From assembly GCA_963666485.2 (NCBI GenBank), contig CAXXUO010000001.1, positions 768,001 through 832,000 on the forward strand: a stretch of DNA of 64,000 nt. The letters are read 5' to 3'. The stretch's first letter is position 1. Each line of letters opens with the position of its first letter. The position numbers and the translations under genes are program-made. Origin of the DNA: Syntrophorhabdaceae bacterium (GTDB taxonomy: Bacteria > Desulfobacterota > Syntrophorhabdia > Syntrophorhabdales > Syntrophorhabdaceae). The notes under the pieces were generated by a model. It did no database searches. It saw only the letters and a list, made by a program, of their open reading frames with translations, and was not told where the DNA came from. Shown here piece by piece: positions 39,289-51,021 of the stretch.

Positions 39289-39753
39289 ATGTTGAGCGAA
39301 GAAGAAAGAACAGCGATCCTGAAAGAACTCCGGAATGCGGAAGATTCCCGGGCTATCGCCATAGACGCTTTGATGGTCGTGCAGGCACATCACGGCTATG
39401 TTTCCGACGAGTCCTTGCGCGATGTCGCGGCGGTCCTCGGCATGACGGCGGAGGAACTCGACAGCCTCGCCACGTTCTATTCATTCATTTTCCGGAAGCC
39501 CGTCGGCAGGCACGTGATCTACGTCTGCGACGGCGTGACCTGCTACGTCATGGGCTACGAAAATATCCTCGATCACCTGAGACAGCGCCTCGGTATCGAC
39601 CCGGGAGAGACGACCGAAGACGGCGCGTTCACGCTCCTTCCCGTAAGCTGCATAGGCGCCTGCGACCACGCGCCGGCGATGATGATCGACGGTACTCTTT
39701 ACGGCGACCTCGACACGGAAAAGATAGACGAGATATTGAAGGAACACGGATGA
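39289..39753 (+). CDS. nuoE: NADH-quinone oxidoreductase subunit E
   Basis: 'ATFYS', 'CDGVTC', 'CIGACDHAP'. Confidence 0.95.
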   Translation: MLSEEERTAILKELRNAEDSRAIAIDALMVVQAHHGYVSDESLRDVAAVLGMTAEELDSLATFYSFIFRKPVGRHVIYVCDGVTCYVMGYENILDHLRQRLGIDPGETTEDGAFTLLPVSCIGACDHAPAMMIDGTLYGDLDTEKIDEILKEHG

Positions 39754-41048
39754 CGGACGCGGAAAAAAGAAGCAGCGAAAAACCCCTCACCCGGGCGATG
39801 TCAAGCGACGGCGGGCCGCTCGGCATACAGGAATATGAACGTTCCGGCGGCTACGAAGCCTTGCGCAAGGCGCTTCAAAAAATGTCCCCCGCCGGTGTGA
39901 TCGAGGAGGTCAAGGCCTCCAACCTTCGCGGCAGGGGCGGGGCGGGGTTTCCGACCGGGATGAAATGGAGCGCCGTGCCGCCCGACGACGGTTCTTCCCC
40001 GCACCGGTACGTCATCTCCAATTCGGACGAGATGGAGCCGGGTGCATTCAAGGACAGGCTCCTCATGGAGGGGAACCCCCATCAGCTCATCGAGGGGCTT
40101 ATCATCGCAGGGTATGCCACGCAGGCGGACCGGGGCTATGTCTTTTTGCGGTGGGCATACGGAAGGTCCGCGCAAAGATTGAAAAGAGCGATCGAAGAGG
40201 CATACGGGGCGGGGTACCTGGGACGCGACATCCTCAATTCGGGATACAGCTTCGACATAAACCTCCATATCAGCGCCGGGCGGTATATCTGCGGCGAAGA
40301 GACCGCGCTCCTCAATTCGATCGAGGGAAAACGGCCCATACCGAGGGGCAGGCCGCCTTTCCCGCAGGTATGCGGACTGTGGGGGAGGCCTGCGGTCGTC
40401 AACAACGCCGAGACCCTGTCGAACGTGCCCCACATAATCAGGAACGGCGCCGACTGGTACAAGGGGTTGAGCCTGTGTGCAGACGGCGGCACGAAGATGT
40501 ACGCCGTGAGCGGCAAGGTGAAAAACCCCGGGGCGTGGGAGCTCCCCATGGGCATCACAATGCGTGAGCTCCTGTATGACCACGCGGGCGGGATGAAAGA
40601 GGGCTTCACGCTCAAGGGCATCATACCGGGCGGGGCATCCACAGATTTCCTGCTGGAGGAGCACCTTGACACCACGATGGATTTCGACTCCGTTCAGAAG
40701 GCGGGCAGCCGCCTCGGGACGGGGACCATGATCATTCTCGACGACAGGACCTGCCCCGTCGGCATGGTCCACAACCTCGAACGGTTCTTCTCGCGTGAAT
40801 CGTGCGGGTGGTGCACGCCGTGCCGGGAGGGCCTGCCCTGGGTGGAAAAAATGCTCAAGGCGATCGAGGACGGGCAGGGGCGTCACGAGGACATAGAGAT
40901 ACTCGAAGAGATGACGAGGCTCCTGCGCCCGGGGAACACCTTCTGTGTTCACGCACCGGGGGCCATGGAGCCGCTGCAGAGCGCTCTGAAGTTCTTCCGC
41001 GCCGATTTTGAGCGGCATATCGAGGAGGGGCGCTGCCCGTACAAATGA
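39750..41048 (+). CDS. nuoF: NADH-quinone oxidoreductase subunit F
   Basis: 'LRGRGGAGFPTG', 'YICGEET', 'ESCGWCTPCREG'. Confidence 0.96.
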   Translation: MTDAEKRSSEKPLTRAMSSDGGPLGIQEYERSGGYEALRKALQKMSPAGVIEEVKASNLRGRGGAGFPTGMKWSAVPPDDGSSPHRYVISNSDEMEPGAFKDRLLMEGNPHQLIEGLIIAGYATQADRGYVFLRWAYGRSAQRLKRAIEEAYGAGYLGRDILNSGYSFDINLHISAGRYICGEETALLNSIEGKRPIPRGRPPFPQVCGLWGRPAVVNNAETLSNVPHIIRNGADWYKGLSLCADGGTKMYAVSGKVKNPGAWELPMGITMRELLYDHAGGMKEGFTLKGIIPGGASTDFLLEEHLDTTMDFDSVQKAGSRLGTGTMIILDDRTCPVGMVHNLERFFSRESCGWCTPCREGLPWVEKMLKAIEDGQGRHEDIEILEEMTRLLRPGNTFCVHAPGAMEPLQSALKFFRADFERHIEEGRCPYK

Positions 41049-43756
41049 CCACGGCGACGATCCATATCGACGGCAGCCCGTATTCCGTGACAGCGGGGCA
41101 GAGCCTGCTTAGGGCCTGCCTCTCGTTGGGGTTCAACGTGCCCTATTTCTGCTGGCACCCGGCCCTCGAGTCCGTCGGCGCATGCCGCCAGTGCGCGGTC
41201 AAGCTCTTCCGGGACGATAAGGACACGCGAGGCAGGATCATCATGTCCTGCATGACGCCGGTGACAGACGGAATGATCATCTCCATCGAAGACCCCGATG
41301 TGCGGACGTTCCGGGCCCGGAACATCGAATGGCTGATGCTCAACCATCCCCACGATTGCCCTGTCTGCGACGAAGGCGGCGAATGCCACCTCCAGGACAT
41401 GACCGTCATGACGGGCCACACGTACAGGAGGACCCGGTTCAGGAAGCGGACATACCGGAACCAGGACCTGGGCCCCTTCGTCAATCACGAGATGAACCGG
41501 TGCATCCAATGCTACCGCTGCGTGCGCTTCTACCGCGATTATGCGCACGGCCGCGATCTCGATGTCTTCGGGACCCATGACAGCGTCTATTTCGGCCGCC
41601 ACGAGGACGGGGTCCTTCAGAACGTCTTTTCCGGCAATCTCGTCGAGATATGCCCGACCGGCGTGTTCACCGACAAGACGGAAAAGGGGCATTTCGTCCG
41701 CAAATGGGACCTCGCGACCGCGCCGTCCGTGTGCGTCCACTGCGGCCTGGGGTGCAATATCATCCCCGGCGAGAGAAGCGGTCAATTGCGGCGCATACGC
41801 AACCGCTTCAATGACAGCGTCAACGGGTATTTCCTGTGCGACCGAGGCCGCTACGGTTACGAATTCGTGAACAGCCCCTCCAGGGTCCGCCGGCCATTGG
41901 TGAGGGACGGTCGCGCCGAACCCCTCAAGCCGTTGGGAAGCGAGGAGGCACGCGCGCTTTTTTCCGATATCCTTTCGCACAAGGGCCGTGTTGTCGGCAT
42001 TGGTTCGCCCCGGGCGTCACTTGAGGCCAATTTTGCCCTGCGCGCCCTGGTCGGTTCGGAACAGTTTTTTGCGGGCATGGCCGGGGAAGAGTTTACCCTC
42101 GTCAAGCGGCAGATAGACATTATGCAGAACGGTCCCGTGCCCTCCGTGCCTCTCGGCGAGGTCGCATCCTGCGATGCCATCTTCATCCTGGGGGAAGATG
42201 TGGCAAATACGGCCCCGGTACTTGCCCTCGATATACTCCAGGCGTGCCGGAACGAGCCGATGGCGCGGGCGGATGCGCTTCATATCCCCCGCTGGGAGGA
42301 CAGGGCCGCCCGCGAGGCCCTCCAGCAGGCAAAAGGGCCGTTCTTCCTCGCCGCTGCCCACGAAACCTGGCTCGACGAAAGCGCGGAACGGGTGTTCAGG
42401 GGCGCACCCGATGACATTGCCCGGCTCGGTTTCGCCGTGGCCCATCTTCTCGACGGGGACAGCCCGGAAGCGGCGGGCATGGACAGCGACAGCATGGATA
42501 TTGCCCGCACGATCGCCGAGTCCCTGGGACGGGCGCAGGACCCGCTCATAATCTCGGGTCCCGGGACAGGAAACGCATCCGTTATCGATGCCGCGGCCAA
42601 TATCGCCTGGGCCCTCGGGAAGAACAACGGGAATACCCGGCTTTCTTTCGCCGTCCCCGAATGCAACAGCCTCGGCCTCGCCCTTATAACCTCCCGGGCC
42701 GTGGACGACGCTCTTGCCGCGGTGGAGAGGGGCGATGCGGACACGATGGTCGTACTGGAGAATGACCTCTTCCGCAGAACGGACAGGGACCGGCTGACAG
42801 CATGCCTCGATGCGTGCAAGCACGTCGTCCTTCTCGATCACCTCGTGCACGGCACGGCACCCTTTGCCGACCTCATCCTCCCCGTGGGAACATTCGCGGA
42901 GACTACGGGGACCCTTGTCAACAGCGAGGGGCGGGCCCAGCGTTTTTTTCAGGTATTCGTCCCTGCGGGTGGCATAAGGCCTTCGTGGCAGTGGATGCGC
43001 GACGCACGGGCAGCGAGGGGGGACCCCTCCGGCGCATCGTGGCGCCGCCTTGACGACATCATAGCCGCCATTGCGGGCGATTTCCCCGAACTGAAGCCTG
43101 TGATGGATAGTGCGCCCCCGGCGGACTTCCGGATACACGGCCTCAAGGTCCCCCGCGAGACGCACCGGGTGAGCGCCCGCACGTCCATGCACGCCGATGT
43201 CACGGTCCACGAGCCGAGGCCGCCCGATGATCCCGACTCCCCGTTCGCTTTCTCCATGGAGGGGTACGGCGGCAGGCCTCCTTCATCGCTCATCCCGCGC
43301 TTCTGGGCGCCGCGGTGGAATTCGGTCCAGGCCCTGAACAAGTTCCAGTCCGAGGTGGGCGGCCATCTTGCGGGGGGCGATCCGGGATGCCGGGTCATCG
43401 AACCTGACAGGGGTAAAGGGCCGGGGTACAGGCACAGCATTCCCGAAGCATTCGTTCCCTCGGGGTCGCTCGTACCGGTCCCGCTCTATCACATTTTCGG
43501 CTCCGAGGAGTTAAGCATGTTCTCGCCGCCGGTCGCAGGCCGGGCGTGCGGTGCGTACGTGGCGCTCAACCCTCGCGACGCCGCGCGCCTCAACCTGTCA
43601 GACGGCGACGAGGTCGAGATCGACGGGCAATGGCGGGGCCGGGTTGCCCTTCGAACCGCCCTTCCCGAGGGCGTTGCAGGGGTTCCTTCCGGGCTGCCCG
43701 GAACGGGTGCGGGAATGAAAGGCGGAAAGATCGATATCAAAAAGGTGGCGCCATGA
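41045..43756 (+). CDS. nuoG: NADH-quinone oxidoreductase subunit G
   Basis: 'CWHP..GACRQC', 'HPHDCPVCDEGGEC', 'RCIQCYRC', N7 motif 'CVHCGLGC'. Confidence 0.96.
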   Translation: MTTATIHIDGSPYSVTAGQSLLRACLSLGFNVPYFCWHPALESVGACRQCAVKLFRDDKDTRGRIIMSCMTPVTDGMIISIEDPDVRTFRARNIEWLMLNHPHDCPVCDEGGECHLQDMTVMTGHTYRRTRFRKRTYRNQDLGPFVNHEMNRCIQCYRCVRFYRDYAHGRDLDVFGTHDSVYFGRHEDGVLQNVFSGNLVEICPTGVFTDKTEKGHFVRKWDLATAPSVCVHCGLGCNIIPGERSGQLRRIRNRFNDSVNGYFLCDRGRYGYEFVNSPSRVRRPLVRDGRAEPLKPLGSEEARALFSDILSHKGRVVGIGSPRASLEANFALRALVGSEQFFAGMAGEEFTLVKRQIDIMQNGPVPSVPLGEVASCDAIFILGEDVANTAPVLALDILQACRNEPMARADALHIPRWEDRAAREALQQAKGPFFLAAAHETWLDESAERVFRGAPDDIARLGFAVAHLLDGDSPEAAGMDSDSMDIARTIAESLGRAQDPLIISGPGTGNASVIDAAANIAWALGKNNGNTRLSFAVPECNSLGLALITSRAVDDALAAVERGDADTMVVLENDLFRRTDRDRLTACLDACKHVVLLDHLVHGTAPFADLILPVGTFAETTGTLVNSEGRAQRFFQVFVPAGGIRPSWQWMRDARAARGDPSGASWRRLDDIIAAIAGDFPELKPVMDSAPPADFRIHGLKVPRETHRVSARTSMHADVTVHEPRPPDDPDSPFAFSMEGYGGRPPSSLIPRFWAPRWNSVQALNKFQSEVGGHLAGGDPGCRVIEPDRGKGPGYRHSIPEAFVPSGSLVPVPLYHIFGSEELSMFSPPVAGRACGAYVALNPRDAARLNLSDGDEVEIDGQWRGRVALRTALPEGVAGVPSGLPGTGAGMKGGKIDIKKVAP

Positions 43757-44706
43757 GCGTGAGCCTGTCTTCCTTCATCACGCCACTGGCCATCCTCCTC
43801 GTCCTTCTCGTCGCCTCTGCGTGGCTTATCTGGCTCGAGCGCAGGCTGCTCGCCCTGTGGCAGGACAGGTACGGCCCGAACCGGGTGGGCCCTTTCGGGC
43901 TCGGGCAGGTCATAGCCGATATGATCAAGATGACCATGAAGGAGGACTGGGTCCCCCCGTTCGCCGACAGGGCCGTCTTTATCATCTCGCCCGCGATCAT
44001 CATGGCGGCGGTCCTCAGCGCATTTGCGATCGTCTCGTTTGCGCCGGGCATTTCGGTCGCCAGTTTGAACATCGACCTCCTTTTCTTTGTGTCCATGATA
44101 GCCCTCAATGCGTACAGCCCCGTACTCGCCGGCTGGTCGTCGGGCAGCAGGTATTCCCTGCTGGGCGCTTTGAGGGCGGCGGCGCAGATGGTCAGCTACG
44201 AGGTCTTTATGGGGCTGTCCCTCATGGGTGTCGTGGCGCTGACCGGTTCTTTCACGATCCGCGACATCGTCGAGGCGCAAAGGACGATGTGGTTCTGCAT
44301 ACCCCAGCTCCCCGGCCTTGTCGTGTTCGTGATAGCCGGGATAGCCCTCACGCACAGGCTGCCGTTCGACCTCCCGGAAGCGGAGAATGAACTCGTGGCC
44401 GGGTACCATACCGAGTATTCGGGACTCAAGTTCGGGATGTTCTACGTGGGTGAGTACCTCAACATAATCCTCATATCGTCGCTCATAACCACCTTCTTCT
44501 TCGGCGGCTGGCTGGGACCGGTGTTACCTCCCCTTGCCTGGTTCATCATCAAGACCTTCGTGTTTACCTGCGGGTTCATCCTCCTGCGCGCTTCCCTGCC
44601 GCGGCCGCGTTACGACCGGCTCATGGCGCTGGGCTGGAAGATCATGCTGCCGCTGGCAATTCTCAACCTTGTCGTCACGGGAGGCATTATCCTGGCAACG
44701 GGATAA
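43753..44706 (+). CDS. nuoH: NADH-quinone oxidoreductase subunit H
   Basis: 'QDRYGPNRVG', 'PFDLPEAENELVAG', 'LPRPRYD'. Confidence 0.96.
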   Translation: MSVSLSSFITPLAILLVLLVASAWLIWLERRLLALWQDRYGPNRVGPFGLGQVIADMIKMTMKEDWVPPFADRAVFIISPAIIMAAVLSAFAIVSFAPGISVASLNIDLLFFVSMIALNAYSPVLAGWSSGSRYSLLGALRAAAQMVSYEVFMGLSLMGVVALTGSFTIRDIVEAQRTMWFCIPQLPGLVVFVIAGIALTHRLPFDLPEAENELVAGYHTEYSGLKFGMFYVGEYLNIILISSLITTFFFGGWLGPVLPPLAWFIIKTFVFTCGFILLRASLPRPRYDRLMALGWKIMLPLAILNLVVTGGIILATG

Positions 44707-44715
44707 GGGGAACCT

Positions 44716-45231
44716 ATGCTGAGCATTATGAAAGCGTTATGGCTTATCTTCCTTCACACCTTCAGGAGGCGGGAAACGGTCCTTTACCCCGAGGAGAAAA
44801 GGCGCATCCCTCCCCGGTGGAGGGGCCGCATCATCCTTTCCCGCAGTCCGGACGGCAAAGAAAGGTGCGTCGCCTGCTACCTGTGTTCGGTTGCATGCCC
44901 GGTCGACTGCATCTCGCTCCAGGCTGCCGAGGACGAAGACGGCAGGCGGTACCCGGAATTTTTCCGGATAAATTTCTCGCGCTGCATCTTTTGCGGGTTT
45001 TGTGAAGAGGCGTGCCCTACCCTGGCGATCCAACTTACCACGGACTTTGAAATGAGCGAATACGAGCGGCCGAACCTCGTCTACGAAAAGGAAGACCTGC
45101 TCATCGACGGGCCGGGGAAATACCCGGATTACGATTTTTACCGGGTTGCGGGGCTGGCCGTAAAAGGCAAGGGAAAAGGCGAAGGCGACGAGGAATTACC
45201 GCCGGTGGACGTGAGGACCCTTTTACCATGA
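44716..45231 (+). CDS. nuoI: NADH-quinone oxidoreductase subunit I
   Basis: Two CxxCxxCxxxCP motifs. Confidence 0.96.
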   Translation: MLSIMKALWLIFLHTFRRRETVLYPEEKRRIPPRWRGRIILSRSPDGKERCVACYLCSVACPVDCISLQAAEDEDGRRYPEFFRINFSRCIFCGFCEEACPTLAIQLTTDFEMSEYERPNLVYEKEDLLIDGPGKYPDYDFYRVAGLAVKGKGKGEGDEELPPVDVRTLLP

Positions 45232-45265
45232 AACAATGCGTGATCACGAGGCATATGAGGCTTTT

Positions 45266-45779
<514 letters not shown>

Positions 45780-45787
<8 letters not shown>

Positions 45788-46088
45788 CGCGCTCCTTAAC
45801 TACACTATGGCACTCGCGGGACTTATCTTCGCGATCGGCCTGACCGGGGTCCTCATGCGCCGCAACCTGATCTTCATTCTTCTCTCGCTGGAGATCATGC
45901 TGAATGCGGCGGGTCTCGCCTTCGTTGCCGCCGGCGCCAAGTGGGGCGCGGCCGACGGACAGGTCATGTTCATCCTTATCCTCGCCGTCGCGGCCGCCGA
46001 GGTGGCGATAGGGCTCGCCCTCCTCTTGAGGTTTTACGATATGCACAAGACCCTCGACACCGGCCGTGCGGCCGGGATGAAGGGGTAG
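45780..46088 (+). CDS. nuoK: NADH-quinone oxidoreductase subunit K
   Basis: 'LSLEIMLNA', 'AAAEVAIGLA'. Confidence 0.95.
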
Positions 46089-46102
46089 ACGGTGAATACG
46101 TT

Positions 46103-47995
46103 ATGTTAGAGATGCTGTGGCTGGTCCCCGCTTTTCCTTTTTTGGGCTTCGCATTTCTTGTTCTTGGCGGAGCGAGACTGCCGCACGGGCTGAAAGCCCT
46201 CGTGGGTGCGGGAACGGTTGCGGGCTCGGCCGCGGCGGCGACCATCGTGGCGGTGCGGTTCATTGCGTCCCCGCCCAACGGGTCAGCGTACGTCGAGAGG
46301 TTGTGGACATGGATGCATACGGGCAGTTTCAACCCGGCCGTCGCCCTGTACCTCGACCCGCTCTCGATCGTGATGGTCCTTGTCATAACCTGGGTGAGTT
46401 TCTTCATCCTCCTGTATTCGACGTATTTCATGGCGGAGGATGACGGGTTCGGGAGATTCTTCGCCTACATGGACCTCTTTGTCGGGTTCATGCTCGTCCT
46501 GGTGCTTGCCGATAATTTTCTCCTTCTCTACCTCGGCTGGGAGGGGGTCGGGCTTTGCAGCTACCTTCTCATCGGGTTCTGGTACAAGGAGGAAGAGAAC
46601 GTGCGGGCCGCCGTCAAGGCATTCATCGTGACACGCATCGGTGATGCCGCTCTTGCGGTCGGCCTCTTCCTCATCTTTTACGACCTCGGCACCCTGAACA
46701 TCCAGGAGGCATTGGCGCAGGTGCCGGAGAAATGGCTCATCGGCTCTGTCATGGCGAACGCCGCGGCGGCGCTCCTATTAGGAGGGGCACTGGCAAAGTC
46801 CGCCCAGGTGCCGCTCCAGACCTGGCTCCCCGACGCCATGGCGGGCCCGACGCCCACGAGCGCGCTGATACACGCGTCGACCATGGTCACCGCCGGCGTG
46901 TACCTTATCGCCCGTACACACACCTTCTTCACGATGGCGCCGCCGGTGCACTACGCCATTGCCATCATAGGGGCCGTTACCGTGTTGATCGGGGGGTCGA
47001 GCGCCCAGGCCCAGAGGGATATAAAACGCGTCCTCGCCTACTCGACGATGAGCCAGGTCGGCTACATGTTCCTTGCCCTGGGCGTCGGCGCATGGGCCGC
47101 GTCCATCTTTCATTTCGTGACCCACGCGTTTTTCAAGGCCCTTTTATTTCTTTGCGCCGGGCTTGTGATCAAGGCCCTGGATGACGAGCACGACATATTC
47201 AACATGGGCGGGTTGAGAAAAAAACTCCCCCTTGTTTTCTGGAGTTTTCTCATAGGGTGCGCGTCACTGTCTGCAATCCCCCTGGTCACCGGCGGTTTCT
47301 TCAGCAAGGACCTCGTCCTTCTCGATGCATGGCTATATCCGGCGGGGGGCCTGCACCTCTTCGTCGCCGGCATGATCGGCAGTTTTCTCACGGCCGCCTA
47401 CAGTTTCCGGCTTCTGTTCATCGTTTTCTTTGGCGCGTCAACCCGGCCGGTCAAGGCGATCAAGAGCCGTGCGGCCGGGATAGCCGTCATATCCCTCGCG
47501 GTCCTGTCCATCATAGGGGGATATATCGAAACACCGCGCTTCCTGGGCAATGTCACGATCTTTACGGACTTTATCCGGTCTGCCATACCCGAGGCCCTGC
47601 CCGTTGTGACCGGGGCCGGCAGGTCCGTCATTTTCATTGTATTGTCGGTCCTCGCATCGTTCGGGGGGATCTATACCGCTTACACCCTTTTCGTGAGGAA
47701 CCGGGATAACGTACAAAGCATGATACATGCCGGGGCGGGAAAGATCATCCACAGGTGCCTCTCGGCGGGATGGGGTTTCGATCTGCTGTACGACACCCTG
47801 GTCGTCCGGCCCTTCGTTTACCTTGCGAGGCGGGGCCGCAGGGATGTCTTCGATCTTTTCTATCGAGCGGTCGAGCTTTTCTGCGGCGCCGCGCACGGTA
47901 TTGTGCGCTCGACGCAGACGGGCAACCTGCGCTGGTATGCCGCGGCCATAGCCTTCGGCGCCGTCGTGTTCATAGGCTTGGTGATACTCTTATGA
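46103..47995 (+). CDS. nuoL: NADH-quinone oxidoreductase subunit L
   Basis: 'GWEGVGLCSYLLIGFW', 'KSAQVPLQTWLPDAMAGPTP'. Confidence 0.96.
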   Translation: MLEMLWLVPAFPFLGFAFLVLGGARLPHGLKALVGAGTVAGSAAAATIVAVRFIASPPNGSAYVERLWTWMHTGSFNPAVALYLDPLSIVMVLVITWVSFFILLYSTYFMAEDDGFGRFFAYMDLFVGFMLVLVLADNFLLLYLGWEGVGLCSYLLIGFWYKEEENVRAAVKAFIVTRIGDAALAVGLFLIFYDLGTLNIQEALAQVPEKWLIGSVMANAAAALLLGGALAKSAQVPLQTWLPDAMAGPTPTSALIHASTMVTAGVYLIARTHTFFTMAPPVHYAIAIIGAVTVLIGGSSAQAQRDIKRVLAYSTMSQVGYMFLALGVGAWAASIFHFVTHAFFKALLFLCAGLVIKALDDEHDIFNMGGLRKKLPLVFWSFLIGCASLSAIPLVTGGFFSKDLVLLDAWLYPAGGLHLFVAGMIGSFLTAAYSFRLLFIVFFGASTRPVKAIKSRAAGIAVISLAVLSIIGGYIETPRFLGNVTIFTDFIRSAIPEALPVVTGAGRSVIFIVLSVLASFGGIYTAYTLFVRNRDNVQSMIHAGAGKIIHRCLSAGWGFDLLYDTLVVRPFVYLARRGRRDVFDLFYRAVELFCGAAHGIVRSTQTGNLRWYAAAIAFGAVVFIGLVILL

Positions 47996-49578
47996 TACTC
48001 GTATGCCTTTTGATCATACCCCTTGTCGCGGCCCTTTTGTGCCTGGCCTTCGGTTTTCGCACCGGTGCGGGTGCGCGATGGGTTGCGCTCCTGGCCATGG
48101 TTGCCGAACTTGTTATTACAGTCACCCTTTTCGCCGGATACCAGGACGTTCCTCATTCGCCCGCCCCGGGAGGGTGGCTTCTCGAAACCAGGGCCTCCTG
48201 GTTCCCCCAGCTGGGGATAAGCTTTCACCTCGCCGCCGACGGGATGAGCCTCCTTTTCGTCCTGCTCACCGCCCTCGTCGGCTCGATGGCCGTCATTGCA
48301 TCATGGACGGAGATAAAGGAGAGCGCCGGCTTTTTTCATTTCAACCTCCTCCTGACCCTTGTCGGGGTCATCGGGGTCTTTCTCGCCGTCGACCTCTTTC
48401 TCTTCTACTTTTTCTGGGAGCTCATGCTGGTCCCGATGTTCTTCCTGATCTTATCGTGGGGACACGAGAGGCGGGTCTATGCCGCGGTCAAGTTCCTTAT
48501 CTTCACCCAGTTCGGCGGGCTCTTCATGCTTGTGTCCATCCTCGGCCTCGCTTTTGCCCATAAGCATGCAGCGGGGGCGTTGTCCTTCGACTATGCGGAC
48601 CTTATCGGGACATCCATGAACGGCACGACCGCGACCCTCCTCCTGTTCGGTTTCCTCGCGGCCTTTCTCGTCAAGCTGCCCGCCGTGCCGTTTCACGCGT
48701 GGCTCCCGGAGGCGCACACGCATGCTCCCACGGGCGGCAGCATTATCCTTGCCGGTCTTTTACTGAAAACCGGGGCGTACGGGCTCATCCGCTTCGCCGT
48801 TCCGCTCTTTCCGGATGCTGCGTCCGGGCTTGCCCCTTACGGCATGGTGCTCGCCGTTGCCGGCATCCTGTACGGCGCGGTGATGTCTTTCTCGCAGACC
48901 GACCTCAAGCGGCTCATCGCCTATACGAGCGTGAGCCACATGGGCTTTGTGCTCCTCGGGGTCTCGGCATGGAATGTCCTTGCCTTACAGGGCGCGGTCA
49001 TCCAGATCATATGCCACGGCATAGGGACCGGGGCCCTGTTCATGCTCGCCGGAGCTCTCCAGGAAAGGATCCACACACGCGAGCTTTCCCGCATGGGGGG
49101 CCTCTGGACGAAGGTCCCCCGTATGAGCGGGATGTGGCTTGTCTTCGCCCTTGCGGCCCTCGGGTTGCCGGGGCTGGGGAATTTCCTGGGGGAGTTCCTT
49201 GTGCTCCTGGGGAGCTACCGCGCAAGCATCGCCGCGACAGCCATTGCGGCTTCCGGGTTTATTCTCGCGACGGTCTACGCATTGTGGATGCTCTGGCAGC
49301 TGGCTTTCGGCCCCCGGCGCACCGCGTGGGACATGGCGGACCTCTCGGTACGGGAAATGCTGCCCCTGGGCGTGGCGGTCGGGCTCCTCATCTGGATCGG
49401 CCTTTTCCCGCAAAGTGTGATCAGGGCTGCCGCGCAGGGCCTCAACAGCTTGAGGCCCCCCACGGAGTGGAGCGCGCCTTCCCGGCACAACGCCGGCATA
49501 CCGGATAGAGATCTGGTGGAGCGAGGAACACGGACAGGCGGCGGGGAAGTACCGGGAGGGCACAATGCGAGGCCGTGA
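47992..49578 (+). CDS. nuoM: NADH-quinone oxidoreductase subunit M
   Basis: 'FWELMLVP', 'PFHAWLPEAH', 'LIAYTSVSHMG'. Confidence 0.96.
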   Translation: MILVCLLIIPLVAALLCLAFGFRTGAGARWVALLAMVAELVITVTLFAGYQDVPHSPAPGGWLLETRASWFPQLGISFHLAADGMSLLFVLLTALVGSMAVIASWTEIKESAGFFHFNLLLTLVGVIGVFLAVDLFLFYFFWELMLVPMFFLILSWGHERRVYAAVKFLIFTQFGGLFMLVSILGLAFAHKHAAGALSFDYADLIGTSMNGTTATLLLFGFLAAFLVKLPAVPFHAWLPEAHTHAPTGGSIILAGLLLKTGAYGLIRFAVPLFPDAASGLAPYGMVLAVAGILYGAVMSFSQTDLKRLIAYTSVSHMGFVLLGVSAWNVLALQGAVIQIICHGIGTGALFMLAGALQERIHTRELSRMGGLWTKVPRMSGMWLVFALAALGLPGLGNFLGEFLVLLGSYRASIAATAIAASGFILATVYALWMLWQLAFGPRRTAWDMADLSVREMLPLGVAVGLLIWIGLFPQSVIRAAAQGLNSLRPPTEWSAPSRHNAGIPDRDLVERGTRTGGGEVPGGHNARP

Positions 49579-51004
49579 CCTTATTCCGATCATGCCCTTT
49601 CTTGTAATAGCCTTTACCGCGGTCCTCGTTATGGTCGCGGCCGCTCTCAAGAGAGGCAGGGCCGGCGCCTTTATCATAACGGCGTGCGGCTTGGTGCTCT
49701 CTTTCGTTTCGACGTGCCTCGCCATGACGAAAGCGCTGCCCGTGCACCGGGTCGGGCAGCTTCTTGTCATAGACGGCCTGGGCCTCTTCTTTATCGGCCT
49801 CATCGTCGCCGCGTCGCTTGCGCTTGCGATCCTGTCATACGATTACCTCACGATGCACGCGGCGCGTTCCGGGGAATATTACGTTCTTTTTCTCTCGGCA
49901 ACGCTGGGGGCCATGGTGCTTGCCGCGAGCAGCCATTTCATATCTTTCTTTCTCGGGCTCGAAATTTTAAGCCTGTCCCTCTATGTCCTTGTCGCCTACC
50001 TTCACGCCACGCCCGGGCACCTGGAGGCGGGTATCAAATACCTCGTATTGTCCTCTGTTTCCACGGCATTCCTCCTGTTCGGGATGGCCCTGACCTACGG
50101 CCGCACGGGCACCATGGAATTTTCCGCCCTGGCCGCGAGAATATCCGGCCTTGCCGCCGACCCGGCGCTCATTGCCGGGACCGTGATGGTCATCGTGGGC
50201 ATCGGCTTCAAGCTCGCCCTCGTCCCTTTCCATATGTGGGCCCCGGATGTGTACGAGGGCGCGCCCGTGCCGGTGGCGGCGTTCATTGCGACTGTGTCCA
50301 AAGGCGCTGTTTTCACCGTTCTTGTCAGGTTCTTTCCGGTCACAACCGTTCCTGAGGGCGGACCTCTCTTTATCATATTCAGCGTCATCGCGGCGGTCAC
50401 GATGTTCACGGGGAATTTCCTCGCCCTTTTCCAGAATAACGTGAAGCGCCTCCTCGCCTATTCCTCTATCGCCCAGTTCGGCTATCTCCTCGTGGCCTTT
50501 CTCTCCGTAAGCAGCATGCGCACGACGTCGATCGCTTTTTATCTCGCCGCGTATTTTGTGATGACCATCGGCGCCTTCGGGGTCGTCACGCTCATGGCGG
50601 ACAAAGACAATGACGCAGATGCCCTTCCCGCCTATGCCGGCCTTTTCTTCGCGAGGCCCTGGCTGGCCGCGGCCTTCGCCCTCATGCTCCTCGCGCTCGC
50701 AGGAATGCCCCTGACGATCGGCCTTATCGGGAAGCTTTATATCTTTGCGGCGGGTGTGGCGTCCGGCCTTTGGTTGCTCGTCATCGTCCTCGCGGTAAAC
50801 AGCGTTATCGGGCTTTTTTATTACGTCCGCGTCATAACGACCATGTTCCTCCGGCCTGATGCCGGCGAAATAGACGCGCTGAAGTTGAGGCCCTCGCCGC
50901 GGACCGGCCGCGTCCTTATCGCGGCACTGTCAGTCATCCTTGTCTGGCTGGGGATCTATCCGGCCCCCCTGGTCAGCATCATACAAAAAATGATCGGGCC
51001 GTAA
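49565..51004 (+). CDS. nuoN: NADH-quinone oxidoreductase subunit N
   Basis: 'FKLALVPFHMWAPDVYEGAP', 'KRLLAYSSIAQ'. Confidence 0.96.
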   Translation: MRGRDLIPIMPFLVIAFTAVLVMVAAALKRGRAGAFIITACGLVLSFVSTCLAMTKALPVHRVGQLLVIDGLGLFFIGLIVAASLALAILSYDYLTMHAARSGEYYVLFLSATLGAMVLAASSHFISFFLGLEILSLSLYVLVAYLHATPGHLEAGIKYLVLSSVSTAFLLFGMALTYGRTGTMEFSALAARISGLAADPALIAGTVMVIVGIGFKLALVPFHMWAPDVYEGAPVPVAAFIATVSKGAVFTVLVRFFPVTTVPEGGPLFIIFSVIAAVTMFTGNFLALFQNNVKRLLAYSSIAQFGYLLVAFLSVSSMRTTSIAFYLAAYFVMTIGAFGVVTLMADKDNDADALPAYAGLFFARPWLAAAFALMLLALAGMPLTIGLIGKLYIFAAGVASGLWLLVIVLAVNSVIGLFYYVRVITTMFLRPDAGEIDALKLRPSPRTGRVLIAALSVILVWLGIYPAPLVSIIQKMIGP

Positions 51005-51021
51005 GGAACGGGAGGGAAACG